Origin: a virus
Taxonomy: Duplodnaviria; Caudoviricetes
Strand: one strand, 5' to 3'
Length of the DNA: 52,817 nt
Virus record (IMG/VR): IMGVR_UViG_3300025301_000016
Span: 1 to 52,817 of that record
The position numbers were made by a program, and so were the translations under genes. Below the pieces are notes generated by a model that worked only from the letters and a program-made list of their open reading frames with translations, ran no database searches and was not told where the DNA came from. Shown here in pieces: positions 42,232-50,151 of this stretch. Positions within the stretch are counted from its first letter, which is position 1. Every line of letters begins with the position of its first letter.

Positions 42232-42994
42232 ACGAAAAATCTGTACCGGGAGGCGCCAACCCTTTAACTTGCGTGATATATTCTTTAAGTTGGGCGACCG
42301 TTGCAGACTCTAAGTCTTCTGTTTCGATGAACTTCATACGACACTTAGGAATATGCGCTTCTTCTAATTCAATTACCTTTTCTGCATGTATAGCTTGTTT
42401 GATTAGGTCAGCCTTGGTAGGAGTAGAGCTTTTCTTTTTTGGCTCCTCCTTTGCAAGCTCCTCCTCTGTCACTTCTTCAGTGGGTCCGAACAGTTTATCT
42501 AACTGTTCTTTAGCAGCAGATGACTTCTCTGGCTTCAAAGGGATGTCGTCATATCTATTCTGCTTTGATTCTGGCTTCTCCCCTTGATCTTCGAGCCTCC
42601 AAAAAGTCTCAATGAAAGATGTTATATCTCCAGAGCCATCAGCCTTAGGTCTATGGGCTACGACATAGCCAATTCGAACAGCAACGAACTCTTCTACGGG
42701 GTCAAATTCGGTTGCCTTTGACTCATCTGCAGTAAGCTCTCTTCCAAGAACCTTCTCACGATGTTGTCGAAGATTTGAATTGGGAGCAGAACTTACTGTG
42801 TCCCATATTGTTATGATGTAAGGCTGACCATCATCACGAAACGATGTGCTGCTTTCAATTTTAAGTGGGAGTTTTACCTTCGGTCCCCATTGAGTTTCGA
42901 ATTCTCTTGGCTCTTCAACTGCAAAGAAGAACCCTTCATGTTGACCTGCCGGGTGATGATCCCACTCTTGTCTTGGTATAGCCACTGTTGCCAT
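42206..42994 (-). CDS. Single-stranded DNA-binding protein-like
   Basis: PAGQHEG...FETQWGPK N-terminal pattern; acidic tail ENDDLPF. Confidence 0.7.
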   Translation of the reverse strand: MATVAIPRQEWDHHPAGQHEGFFFAVEEPREFETQWGPKVKLPLKIESSTSFRDDGQPYIITIWDTVSSAPNSNLRQHREKVLGRELTADESKATEFDPVEEFVAVRIGYVVAHRPKADGSGDITSFIETFWRLEDQGEKPESKQNRYDDIPLKPEKSSAAKEQLDKLFGPTEEVTEEELAKEEPKKKSSTPTKADLIKQAIHAEKVIELEEAHIPKCRMKFIETEDLESATVAQLKEYITQVKGLAPPGTDFSFENDDLPF

Positions 42995-43101
42995 GTTATC
43001 TCCACATTCTTAGCAGATGATGAATGGTTAACAAGCAAATCCCTCCTGCTAATAAGAGAAAAAGCTTGACTTGAATAGATGAATATCCTTTTTTTATTCG
43101 C

Positions 43102-43887
43102 ATGAATACGTCCCTTAAACGCCCCGCAGCAGAACAACTCTTACCAGAAGAAGTTCCCTTAGAACCCAAGCATTATCAACCAGATACAACAATGCAGTCT
43201 CTGGTTGACCAGAAGCCATTGACGCATGGACTTCATGGTCATCTTGACGAGCGAGGGTATTATCCCCCTGTCGATATGAGTTGGGATCAATTCAACGAAG
43301 ATGTTTCGCTGCTGTTCCACATGGAACGATGGATTAATTGGGCTATTGGAGATCTATTGAATTATGCCAAGGGCAGATGGCCGAATAGGTATGAACATTT
43401 CTGCGATCAGACTGGCAAATCATTACAACATTTATACAATCTCTCTTGGGTATCAAGGGTTTTCCCTCCTGAGACACGCCACTTTAATGATGAGGGTATT
43501 AGTTGGTCCCATCACCTTGAAGTAGCTGGGTTGCCAACCCCACAGCAACGAGAAGAATGGCTTCAGGCTGCTATAGCAGGGTCGTGGACAAGATTAGAAC
43601 TTCGTAATAGACGTAATGGAAGAGAGCCTGTTGATCCATTCAGAACCAAGGATACCATGGTTGAGGTGCCCGAAGGGATGACTTCTCACATGCGTCAAAC
43701 GATCTCTAAATTCCTATCTGTATTTTCTGGGTGGAGTCCAAAGGTTAAGGAAACTATAGTATGCCCTACTCCATGGGGCAAAATTACTATTTCTTTGGAT
43801 TTAGATTCCGTTCCGGTAGAAGAATCTACTGGAACAGGTAAGCCAGTAAGAATACTTACCGACAAACCCGACTTCCCCCATCCATAG
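43102..43887 (+). CDS. LmbU-like DNA-binding regulator
   Basis: WAIGDLL...RY...TGKS...NLSWVSRVF...ISWSHHLEVA...WL..A...W...ELR. Confidence 0.7.
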   Translation: MNTSLKRPAAEQLLPEEVPLEPKHYQPDTTMQSLVDQKPLTHGLHGHLDERGYYPPVDMSWDQFNEDVSLLFHMERWINWAIGDLLNYAKGRWPNRYEHFCDQTGKSLQHLYNLSWVSRVFPPETRHFNDEGISWSHHLEVAGLPTPQQREEWLQAAIAGSWTRLELRNRRNGREPVDPFRTKDTMVEVPEGMTSHMRQTISKFLSVFSGWSPKVKETIVCPTPWGKITISLDLDSVPVEESTGTGKPVRILTDKPDFPHP

Positions 43888-43888
43888 T

Positions 43889-44518
43889 TCATTCTCTTTC
43901 TAACTCATTAAGTAAATCTTCTATTGTCCAAGGTGCATGTTGCTCTTCCCATTCTTCTATGGTCGGTTGAGTGGAAAGCAATTCAAATGAATCTTCAAGA
44001 GCGACTACTTTAAATTTACTAGTATTATCAGATGCACTAAACTTGCGACAGATTTTATCGGCAAATGTTTTGTTGGGTATTATTTGAAACTCATCTTGCG
44101 AAGACCAGATCCCCCATAAATCAGTGCCGTCTTCTTCAAGAGGGCCGTATCGAGCGATACACCATTGTCCAGCTTGAATCCCTGCTGAATCAAGATCGGC
44201 GGGGGTATTTATAATGCCATCTGCTTCTATTAATTCTGGTTCAAACTCAGGGAATAATTTATTAAGTTCTTCTTTAACTGAATCAGCTATTGTCTTTGCT
44301 AATTGTGAGCCAATTATTAGAATCAATGACGGGTCTTCTTGTTTGGCTTGCTCTAAAGATATAATTTCATGAGCCTTATTGTCGGTTCCCATTTTTTTAA
44401 ATGCTTCAGCATGATCACGGCTTTCAAACAAAACTACTACTCCGTCTACGCCTACTACATAGGTATAGTTTCCATCTTTATTCTTGGGCTTACGGACAAC
44501 CCATTCTTTAATAGACAT
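43889..44518 (-). CDS. Hypothetical protein
   Basis: 209-aa ORF downstream of a candidate promoter and structured leader. Confidence 0.75.
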   Translation of the reverse strand: MSIKEWVVRKPKNKDGNYTYVVGVDGVVVLFESRDHAEAFKKMGTDNKAHEIISLEQAKQEDPSLILIIGSQLAKTIADSVKEELNKLFPEFEPELIEADGIINTPADLDSAGIQAGQWCIARYGPLEEDGTDLWGIWSSQDEFQIIPNKTFADKICRKFSASDNTSKFKVVALEDSFELLSTQPTIEEWEEQHAPWTIEDLLNELERE

Positions 44519-44538
44519 TTTAAGTTCCGGTTAAAACT

Positions 44539-44624
44539 ACTGCGTGTCTAAGTTGATGAGGGGTTAGGGATAATATAGGTGACATGAAGAGTTGGACCTA
44601 TATAATCAACTTAAGACACGCAGT
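44539..44624 (-). promoter_or_regulatory. Long stem-loop in 5' leader
   Basis: ACTGCGTGTCTAAGTTGAT pairs with ATCAACTT(A)AGACACGCAGT; inner TATAGGT/ACCTATA stem. Confidence 0.65.
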
Positions 44625-44655
44625 TTCAACAAAAAATTCTTCCCCTCTAAATCAA

Positions 44656-44684
44656 AATATACTTATAAAGTTAATGCTTGACAA
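44656..44684 (-). promoter_or_regulatory. sigma70-type promoter
   Basis: TTGTCA-N17-TATATT on the - strand in an AT-rich gap. Confidence 0.65.
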
Positions 44685-44691
44685 GTAAAAA

Positions 44692-44889
44692 TCACCGATC
44701 TAATTCTTCTTCCAATACATGCGTAACGACCAACGTTGTCTCCATCTTCTGCCCTTCTGAACCAAAGTGGCGGTAGATGAGATATATCTCGCCATCTTCT
44801 TTCCCTAGGTCTACAGACCAAGGCAATTCATCTTTCGTGAGACTAACAATTGAAAGCCATTTATCTACTGTGGATTGTCTTTCAGACAT
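44692..44889 (-). CDS. Hypothetical protein
   Basis: AGGAG RBS; overlaps the E1 stop. Confidence 0.65.
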   Translation of the reverse strand: MSERQSTVDKWLSIVSLTKDELPWSVDLGKEDGEIYLIYRHFGSEGQKMETTLVVTHVLEEELDR

Positions 44890-45652
44890 CTTGATTCTCC
44901 TCTAAAATAGTTGGCGTTAATTCTCCAGATCCTATAGAAAAGGTCAAGTCAGCGTCTATTGGAGCATCTCGTAGCCACTTGGCAAACTGAGACACCATTA
45001 AACCTGCTGCTAATGAAGCACTATACACAGTGCTTTGTGTAGTGCAGGCTCCCTGAAATGCTTCGCTCCCTGAAAACAGAGTAGCTGGATAATTCATAAA
45101 AGATTCATGGTTTTCATTCCATGCAGTGATTATTCGCAACACTTCGCCAGCCATCCGACCGTCACACCAGAAATCAAAGTTTCTTCTATTGTTAATCCAT
45201 ATATGCTTACGGGTATCAATGGAATCTACGCAACAGAATACAGCTGTGGGGCCGCTATGTTCTCTAAGCATGGACGACTTCCATCGAGACGTATTAGTCT
45301 TGACATCTGTGGCTGAGTTGATCATCTGTAGATTTTCAGCTACTGCTAGCACCTTATACTGCCCAAGAAATTCCGTAGACCATGCTTGCGGTCCCAAATT
45401 AACCACCTCAATGGAGTCATGGTCGGTCAAGCTAATAGATGGAACTCCCATAGCTGACAGCATACAAGCTACTTGCCTACCTATAGCACCACATCCAATA
45501 ACATGAGCTTCAATTTCCTTCAGCCTATCAGGTGGTATTAATTCTTTTTGTCTAACATCTCGTGTTAACTCTTGCGTCTTAACAGCTTCAACAGAGGATA
45601 CATCAGACAGCGTAGCCCCTATGATCCCATCCGTCGTCTCCATCTGATCCAA
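44882..45652 (-). CDS. ThiF/E1-like ubiquitin-activating enzyme
   Basis: VIGCGAIG, DHDSIEVVNLGPQ, KVLA, FCCVDSIDTR, DGRM, putative catalytic Cys in GACTTQST. Confidence 0.92.
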   Translation of the reverse strand: MDQMETTDGIIGATLSDVSSVEAVKTQELTRDVRQKELIPPDRLKEIEAHVIGCGAIGRQVACMLSAMGVPSISLTDHDSIEVVNLGPQAWSTEFLGQYKVLAVAENLQMINSATDVKTNTSRWKSSMLREHSGPTAVFCCVDSIDTRKHIWINNRRNFDFWCDGRMAGEVLRIITAWNENHESFMNYPATLFSGSEAFQGACTTQSTVYSASLAAGLMVSQFAKWLRDAPIDADLTFSIGSGELTPTILEENQDV

Positions 45653-46304
45653 AGTAGTCTTCCTCCTCAGCTTTTGAGTTAGTTATGCTATTGCCTGTCT
45701 TAAAATTCTCCCCATGATAACCCTTGTATTGGCCAAAATCATATGAGCTAAAGTTATTTTTATTAGAAGAGGTAATAGTTGTGAATGATCTGGTGACAGT
45801 GCTTACTTTCTCTTCTAATTCTTTTGCCCAATCATTAGGATTAGCTTGTGTAATTGGCAAACTCCATTCAATTTCTATTGAAGGGAGCGTAATGAAGCCA
45901 CAATCTGGATGTGTTATCCACAAATGCCCCTCACTTGTATCACCATCTGATCCCATGATAGCCATTAATGACCAGTCACAGTCAGTAAACTTCTCTTTAA
46001 ACATTTCCCAGTCTGTACTAGAGGGAGTCGTGCATTTACTGGGGTGGGTATGTATCCAAATACGAAGGCATTCACTTGGATGGCGTCCTGATGCAACTTG
46101 ATCTTCAACATATTCAGCCAATGCCTCATCATCTAACTCGACTGTTGCTGCGGTGCACTCTTGTTTAATCAGGTGAAACTCTGTTACCAGTAGTGGATCT
46201 TCGGTAGAGCTTACTCCAAATCCTCCTATTTCAGTATCGGACAAAGTGCACATATACCGAAGCTTTGCCCATGCTGTTGGAGCCATGCGTAATCGAAGTG
46301 CCAT
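45603..46304 (-). CDS. JAB/MPN metallopeptidase (deubiquitinase-like)
   Basis: TEIGGFG (catalytic Glu) and JAMM motif WIHTHPSKCTTPSSTD. Confidence 0.9.
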   Translation of the reverse strand: MALRLRMAPTAWAKLRYMCTLSDTEIGGFGVSSTEDPLLVTEFHLIKQECTAATVELDDEALAEYVEDQVASGRHPSECLRIWIHTHPSKCTTPSSTDWEMFKEKFTDCDWSLMAIMGSDGDTSEGHLWITHPDCGFITLPSIEIEWSLPITQANPNDWAKELEEKVSTVTRSFTTITSSNKNNFSSYDFGQYKGYHGENFKTGNSITNSKAEEEDYFGSDGDDGWDHRGYAV

Positions 46305-46316
46305 GCTATCCTTTCT

Positions 46317-47678
46317 TTAAAGAGGTTGATATTCTGATAATGCTGTAGCGGATTCTAATTCATTTGTGGTTTGACCTGAAGCTCCAAATATTGGACTCTC
46401 ATTTTCCTCAGCCTCAAGGTCTTGCTCATTTTGTCGTTTTTCTGCTAGTGCAAACAGGACTTCTGCATTATGTGCACTGAGGCAGCGATCACAAAATCTA
46501 CTTTCGGGAGTATAACATTCATCTACCCCATCGTGACTGCAAGTTTTTACATGATAACTGCAGAAAATTTCATCACAATTGGAGCAGGTCCATGTGCAAT
46601 CACCGCATATTGAATCTTCACATCCCGATTGCTGACAATAATGCAAATAGTCCTCATCATATATAGTCACTCCGCATTCGGTACAACTCTTACCGGTCCC
46701 ATGCCAACGCGATAATGACCTATAAGGACTTTCTACTTCTCCATCATAAAAGAGGACGCTGTTTATTAGCAGGGCTGCATCGGTAAATCTTTGTTCAGAT
46801 AAGGCATTACCCAAGGCCGTTGCTGCATTCCCCATGCATATTACATGGTCACTCACATTAGGATGTGTGACATCGTCAGAATCAATTGGATAATTGGGAG
46901 TTATAGCACGAACTAGTGGAGGATCTGTCCTTGGCGAGCGGTCAATCCCATAGAAAGAGCGGAAATGTATTTCAAATTTCCCCAAATCAATTGTTTCTTG
47001 TAAGTCATTGGGATCATCAAATACAACAGGCTCTTTGGTGATCACACTAAATGTTCCCTGCATTAGCTCATAGGCGCTTGGCTCACTTGCCGAAGGTGCC
47101 TCTGTTGTTACGTAGACCTCACCAAATTCTTTCTCAAGAGCTACTAACTCGTCATAAAAGAACTGTCGAGAGGTCGTATGATCCTCTGTCCAAAATGGAC
47201 TGGTGCCGGGTAGAACTACAGGGGCCTCTCCATGATAAAAGCTCTTAAGGTTGGCTTTCCATTCAGGATACGGCTTAACTTTTAAGTCCTCTATAGAGGC
47301 GAGGAATGCGCTTTCATAATTCTGTAGGATAGTTACAAGGTCATCATGTATATATTTCAATCTTGAAACATCAACGTCAATTAAGCTATGCCTATGTGCG
47401 GGAGCTGCCGCAAGAAAAAATGGCAGCTCATTTTCATTATCTACAAGCTTTTTAAAACTATCACGAGAATTATCCCGCAATCGATTAAGAGATTGATGCA
47501 TGAGAATCCAACGTGTACTAGGATAAGCTTCTGGTGCGTCATGTGGCTCGTGATTGAATTGTTTTGCGGCAAGAGCTTCTTGTTCTAAGCGGACAAATCT
47601 ACGAGTGTCTGGTTTCATCCAGCACTCGTAGATCCAGCCAGCCAGCTCTTGCGTAATTGGAAGAGCGGCCTTTGCCAT
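46317..47678 (-). CDS. Prokaryotic E2-like conjugating enzyme with C-terminal Cys/His-rich zinc domain
   Basis: LGKFEI...HPNVSDHVICMGNA (HPN...C), SPYRSLSRW, several CxxC pairs; lies between Ubl and JAB. Confidence 0.8.
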   Translation of the reverse strand: MAKAALPITQELAGWIYECWMKPDTRRFVRLEQEALAAKQFNHEPHDAPEAYPSTRWILMHQSLNRLRDNSRDSFKKLVDNENELPFFLAAAPAHRHSLIDVDVSRLKYIHDDLVTILQNYESAFLASIEDLKVKPYPEWKANLKSFYHGEAPVVLPGTSPFWTEDHTTSRQFFYDELVALEKEFGEVYVTTEAPSASEPSAYELMQGTFSVITKEPVVFDDPNDLQETIDLGKFEIHFRSFYGIDRSPRTDPPLVRAITPNYPIDSDDVTHPNVSDHVICMGNAATALGNALSEQRFTDAALLINSVLFYDGEVESPYRSLSRWHGTGKSCTECGVTIYDEDYLHYCQQSGCEDSICGDCTWTCSNCDEIFCSYHVKTCSHDGVDECYTPESRFCDRCLSAHNAEVLFALAEKRQNEQDLEAEENESPIFGASGQTTNELESATALSEYQPL

Positions 47679-47679
47679 T

Positions 47680-47907
47680 CTAATTCAAAGCCCCTTCCAC
47701 CTTAGTGGGAGTAATGGATATACGATCATCTTCCTTCAACTCATAGGAAGCTTGGACCTGATCCCGATTAACGCGGATCATATATCCATCTGGACGCTGC
47801 CCTTGCATCTGGGAAGCAAAGAATTGATCGATGGTTGTCCCATCGCCGGTCTCAACGTAGTCAGCGAAACCGCCGCCATCGTTGTTAATCAAGAATACTC
47901 GTGGCAT
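47680..47907 (-). CDS. Ubiquitin-like (beta-grasp) protein
   Basis: 75 aa; INNDGGGFAD, IRVNR, LKEDDRISITPTKVEGA; first gene of the Ubl-E2-JAB-E1 cluster. Confidence 0.88.
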   Translation of the reverse strand: MPRVFLINNDGGGFADYVETGDGTTIDQFFASQMQGQRPDGYMIRVNRDQVQASYELKEDDRISITPTKVEGALN

Positions 47908-47937
47908 TCTCTTTCTCCATGTTAAGGGTTAACTACG

Positions 47938-48288
47938 CTAAACATCATTTACGTCAACTGTAAAGCGAGCTACTTCAGGAGTGGTTGTAAACTCCGTGGA
48001 CTTCCTGTACTTCTTGTTCCCATCACGCTTGTCAACTCCACCTTGCTCAATCAATTGAGTGCGGAGCTTGTCAATGGCGTGGTCAAACTCAGCCGTACTT
48101 ATATCACTCGCCTTTTTGTCTTCGGACAAATCCACTAGCTTGCCCATCAACAAAGACGCTTGATCGAATTCCAGCTCAGGTTTAAGCTCACGGACATCTA
48201 CTTGAGTGAACTTAAACAAGCCGAAAGTTTGTCCTCTTGTGGCCAACCTAATCTCAGTTGGCTCAACTTCATCCTGCTTGTCACTCAT
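47938..48288 (-). CDS. Hypothetical early protein, paralogue of 51981-52526
   Basis: AAGGAG RBS; shares FKxTxVDVR...EL...AS.L.G.LV.L...R.QLI..GG.DK...V.RF.V.V. Confidence 0.8.
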   Translation of the reverse strand: MSDKQDEVEPTEIRLATRGQTFGLFKFTQVDVRELKPELEFDQASLLMGKLVDLSEDKKASDISTAEFDHAIDKLRTQLIEQGGVDKRDGNKKYRKSTEFTTTPEVARFTVDVNDV

Positions 48289-48332
48289 GCTTCTCCTTTC
48301 CTTTTTAATGGCGGTCGGCGGCGAGCATTCAT

Positions 48333-48375
48333 CTCCTCCCCACCACCCTCACTCCGTGAGGGTGGTGGGGAGGAG
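48333..48375. promoter_or_regulatory. G/C hairpin element copy 1
   Basis: Perfect 20-bp stem CTCCTCCCCACCACCCTCAC-TCC-GTGAGGGTGGTGGGGAGGAG. Confidence 0.85.
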
Positions 48376-48402
48376 GGTACATCTTGATGCTGCTGCTGCT
48401 TA

Positions 48403-49178
48403 CTGCATAGCCACACTATGCTGCAACTTGCTGTAGCCTGCTGTGCAAGGGACTGTGCTATACTGGGAATTGCTGCAATTTACTGGAGAGTGCTGTGCAA
48501 GGGACTGTACTATGCTACGCCATACCACGCAGAACCCAACTATGCTCCTCTACGCCCTGCTTTGGACTGTGCTGTGCCATACCAGACTTAGTCCTGCTCT
48601 GGACTGTACTGTGCTGTGCTGTGCTGGGCCTAACCTAGCCGTGCGCCGGACTGTACTGTGCTGGGCCGGGCCGCTCTCTGAATTGCTTGACGGCGCATTG
48701 CCATGGACTGTGCTACGCTACACAATGCACAACTATACCGAACTACGCACCACTTTGCCGGGCACCGCCTTACCACGGACTGTGCTGTGCTATACAATGC
48801 ACCACTTTGACAGGCACTGCTTCGGACTGTGCTGTGCTATCATGGCAGGCCATGCTGTAGGCGATGCTGAACAAAGGAGAGCCCCACCTTACCCTGCTCC
48901 GGACTGTGCTATGCTGTGCCGTACCGGACTGGGATAGGGCTTGCCCTGCCGTGGACTATGCTGTGCCGTACTGTGCTATGCTGTGCCGTACTGTGCTATG
49001 CTGTGCCGTACCGGACTGGGATAGGGCTTGCCCTGCCGTGGACTATGCTGTGCCGTACCGGGCTCAACTCGGCCAGACCATGCGGTGGACTGTGCTATAC
49101 TGTGTCGCGCCCAACTCGACGGCGCAGTGGACTGTGCTATACTCCACGCAGCAATACATTGCCAAGCAATGCTTAGCC
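48403..49178 (-). ncRNA. Pentamer-periodic (DGY-NN) repeat array, candidate guide-RNA array of ~14 units
   Basis: 13 AGTCC anchors with all spacings 5n+2; begins right after the stop codon of 49179-49490; the repeat is directly visible, the RNA role is inferred. Confidence 0.75.
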
Positions 49179-49490
49179 TTAGGTTGGCAATCCATAGAAA
49201 TTTCTTATATTTTTTCTTGCTTCTTCTAACTCTTTAATAGCGCATATTATATCTTCTGGAACTTCCCCTTCCACGGTCGGGTTGGCCCAAGTTACAAGCT
49301 CTTCTAAATCTTTAAATTGTTCAATAATTTTTCTCAGATCCCTGTCGATCTCGTCTATACCTTTGGTCGTAGCGGATTCACGCCACCATACTCTATCAAT
49401 CTTTCTCCATACGTCCAAGATTCGGCTTCTTCGTTCAAGCTCTCCTTGTGTGGAGCTGGCATTAAGAAACTTAATTTTAAAAGTTGGCAT
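49179..49490 (-). CDS. Small helical accessory protein between the Cas7-like gene and the array
   Basis: ATG 1 nt after the upstream stop; DRDLRKIIEQFKDLEEL amphipathic helix. Confidence 0.75.
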   Translation of the reverse strand: MPTFKIKFLNASSTQGELERRSRILDVWRKIDRVWWRESATTKGIDEIDRDLRKIIEQFKDLEELVTWANPTVEGEVPEDIICAIKELEEARKNIRNFYGLPT

Positions 49491-49491
49491 G

Positions 49492-50151
49492 TTATGGTAT
49501 AACTTTTACATCTTCAACTTCAAACTGTCCATGCAATCCTTTGTTGATAACCCTCCAAGCACCAACGCCTACAGAATTACCAGCATGTTGTAGCAGGTTA
49601 CAGATCTGGTGGATTGTTAGAAAGTCAGCATTAAACTTAAAGCGCAATATACATTTCCAATCATGAAACTCAGCACGAACGGTTACTGTCTGTGGATTCT
49701 TTGGTGTAGTGCCACCTACTTTATCAAGCCGTATCTTACGAGTGGAGAACTCCAAGGGAACATGCTCATCAAGAGGGATGAAGGCATGGTTCGCTTCGGT
49801 CATAGCGATACCATCAATGAGTCTGGCGGCATCTCTACATGCCAATCGAAAGCCACTGGCTGGAAATCCGAAGGTTCCCGTAGTCTCTTCGCCCCCTTCT
49901 TGATAGCCAAACTGATGTGACTCCAATCGATACGTTGAATCTTCATACTCTTTATTGCGATCACGAGCTTTCTTGGCACCTCTGGGTGTCTTTTCAGCGT
50001 CTCCCATGATCTTTGCAATAGCTTCTTCAGTCATTCTGTCTGTGAGTAATGGAGTCACACCTTTGATTCGCACTTCTGCGTAATGATAATTGGGATCATG
50101 AATGTTCAGTGTTGTAGCAGTCTCTTCTTTCTTTGCCTTAGCTTTTGCCAC
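49492..50151 (-). CDS. Stand-alone Cas7/RAMP-like RNA-binding protein
   Basis: VRIKGVTPLL (beta1), FPASGFRLACRDAA (RAMP helix-1 motif), VRAEFHDW, Gly-rich loop AGNSVGVGAWRVINKGLHGQFEV. Confidence 0.78.
   Translation of the reverse strand: MAKAKAKKEETATTLNIHDPNYHYAEVRIKGVTPLLTDRMTEEAIAKIMGDAEKTPRGAKKARDRNKEYEDSTYRLESHQFGYQEGGEETTGTFGFPASGFRLACRDAARLIDGIAMTEANHAFIPLDEHVPLEFSTRKIRLDKVGGTTPKNPQTVTVRAEFHDWKCILRFKFNADFLTIHQICNLLQHAGNSVGVGAWRVINKGLHGQFEVEDVKVIP

Noticed and set aside
44882-45652. ThiF/MoeB for thiamine or molybdopterin synthesis
   Set aside because: No cofactor-biosynthesis genes nearby; adjacent E2 and JAB genes point to protein conjugation
48403-49178. Canonical CRISPR array
   Set aside because: No 23-47-bp identical repeats with unique spacers of similar length; the variable parts are themselves pentamer-periodic; no cas1/cas2
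48403-49178. Self-targets of decoded NN strings (partial gapped matches near 49315 and 48333)
   Set aside because: Only about four dinucleotides matched by eye, which is expected by chance; a proper search is needed
48443-49237. + strand ORFs 48443-48937, 48864-49229, 48916-49176 and 49028-49237 (Cys/Leu/Ala/Val-rich)
   Set aside because: Artefacts of the 5-nt periodic repeat: open in several frames, antisense to flanking genes, and the unit lengths do not preserve a codon frame
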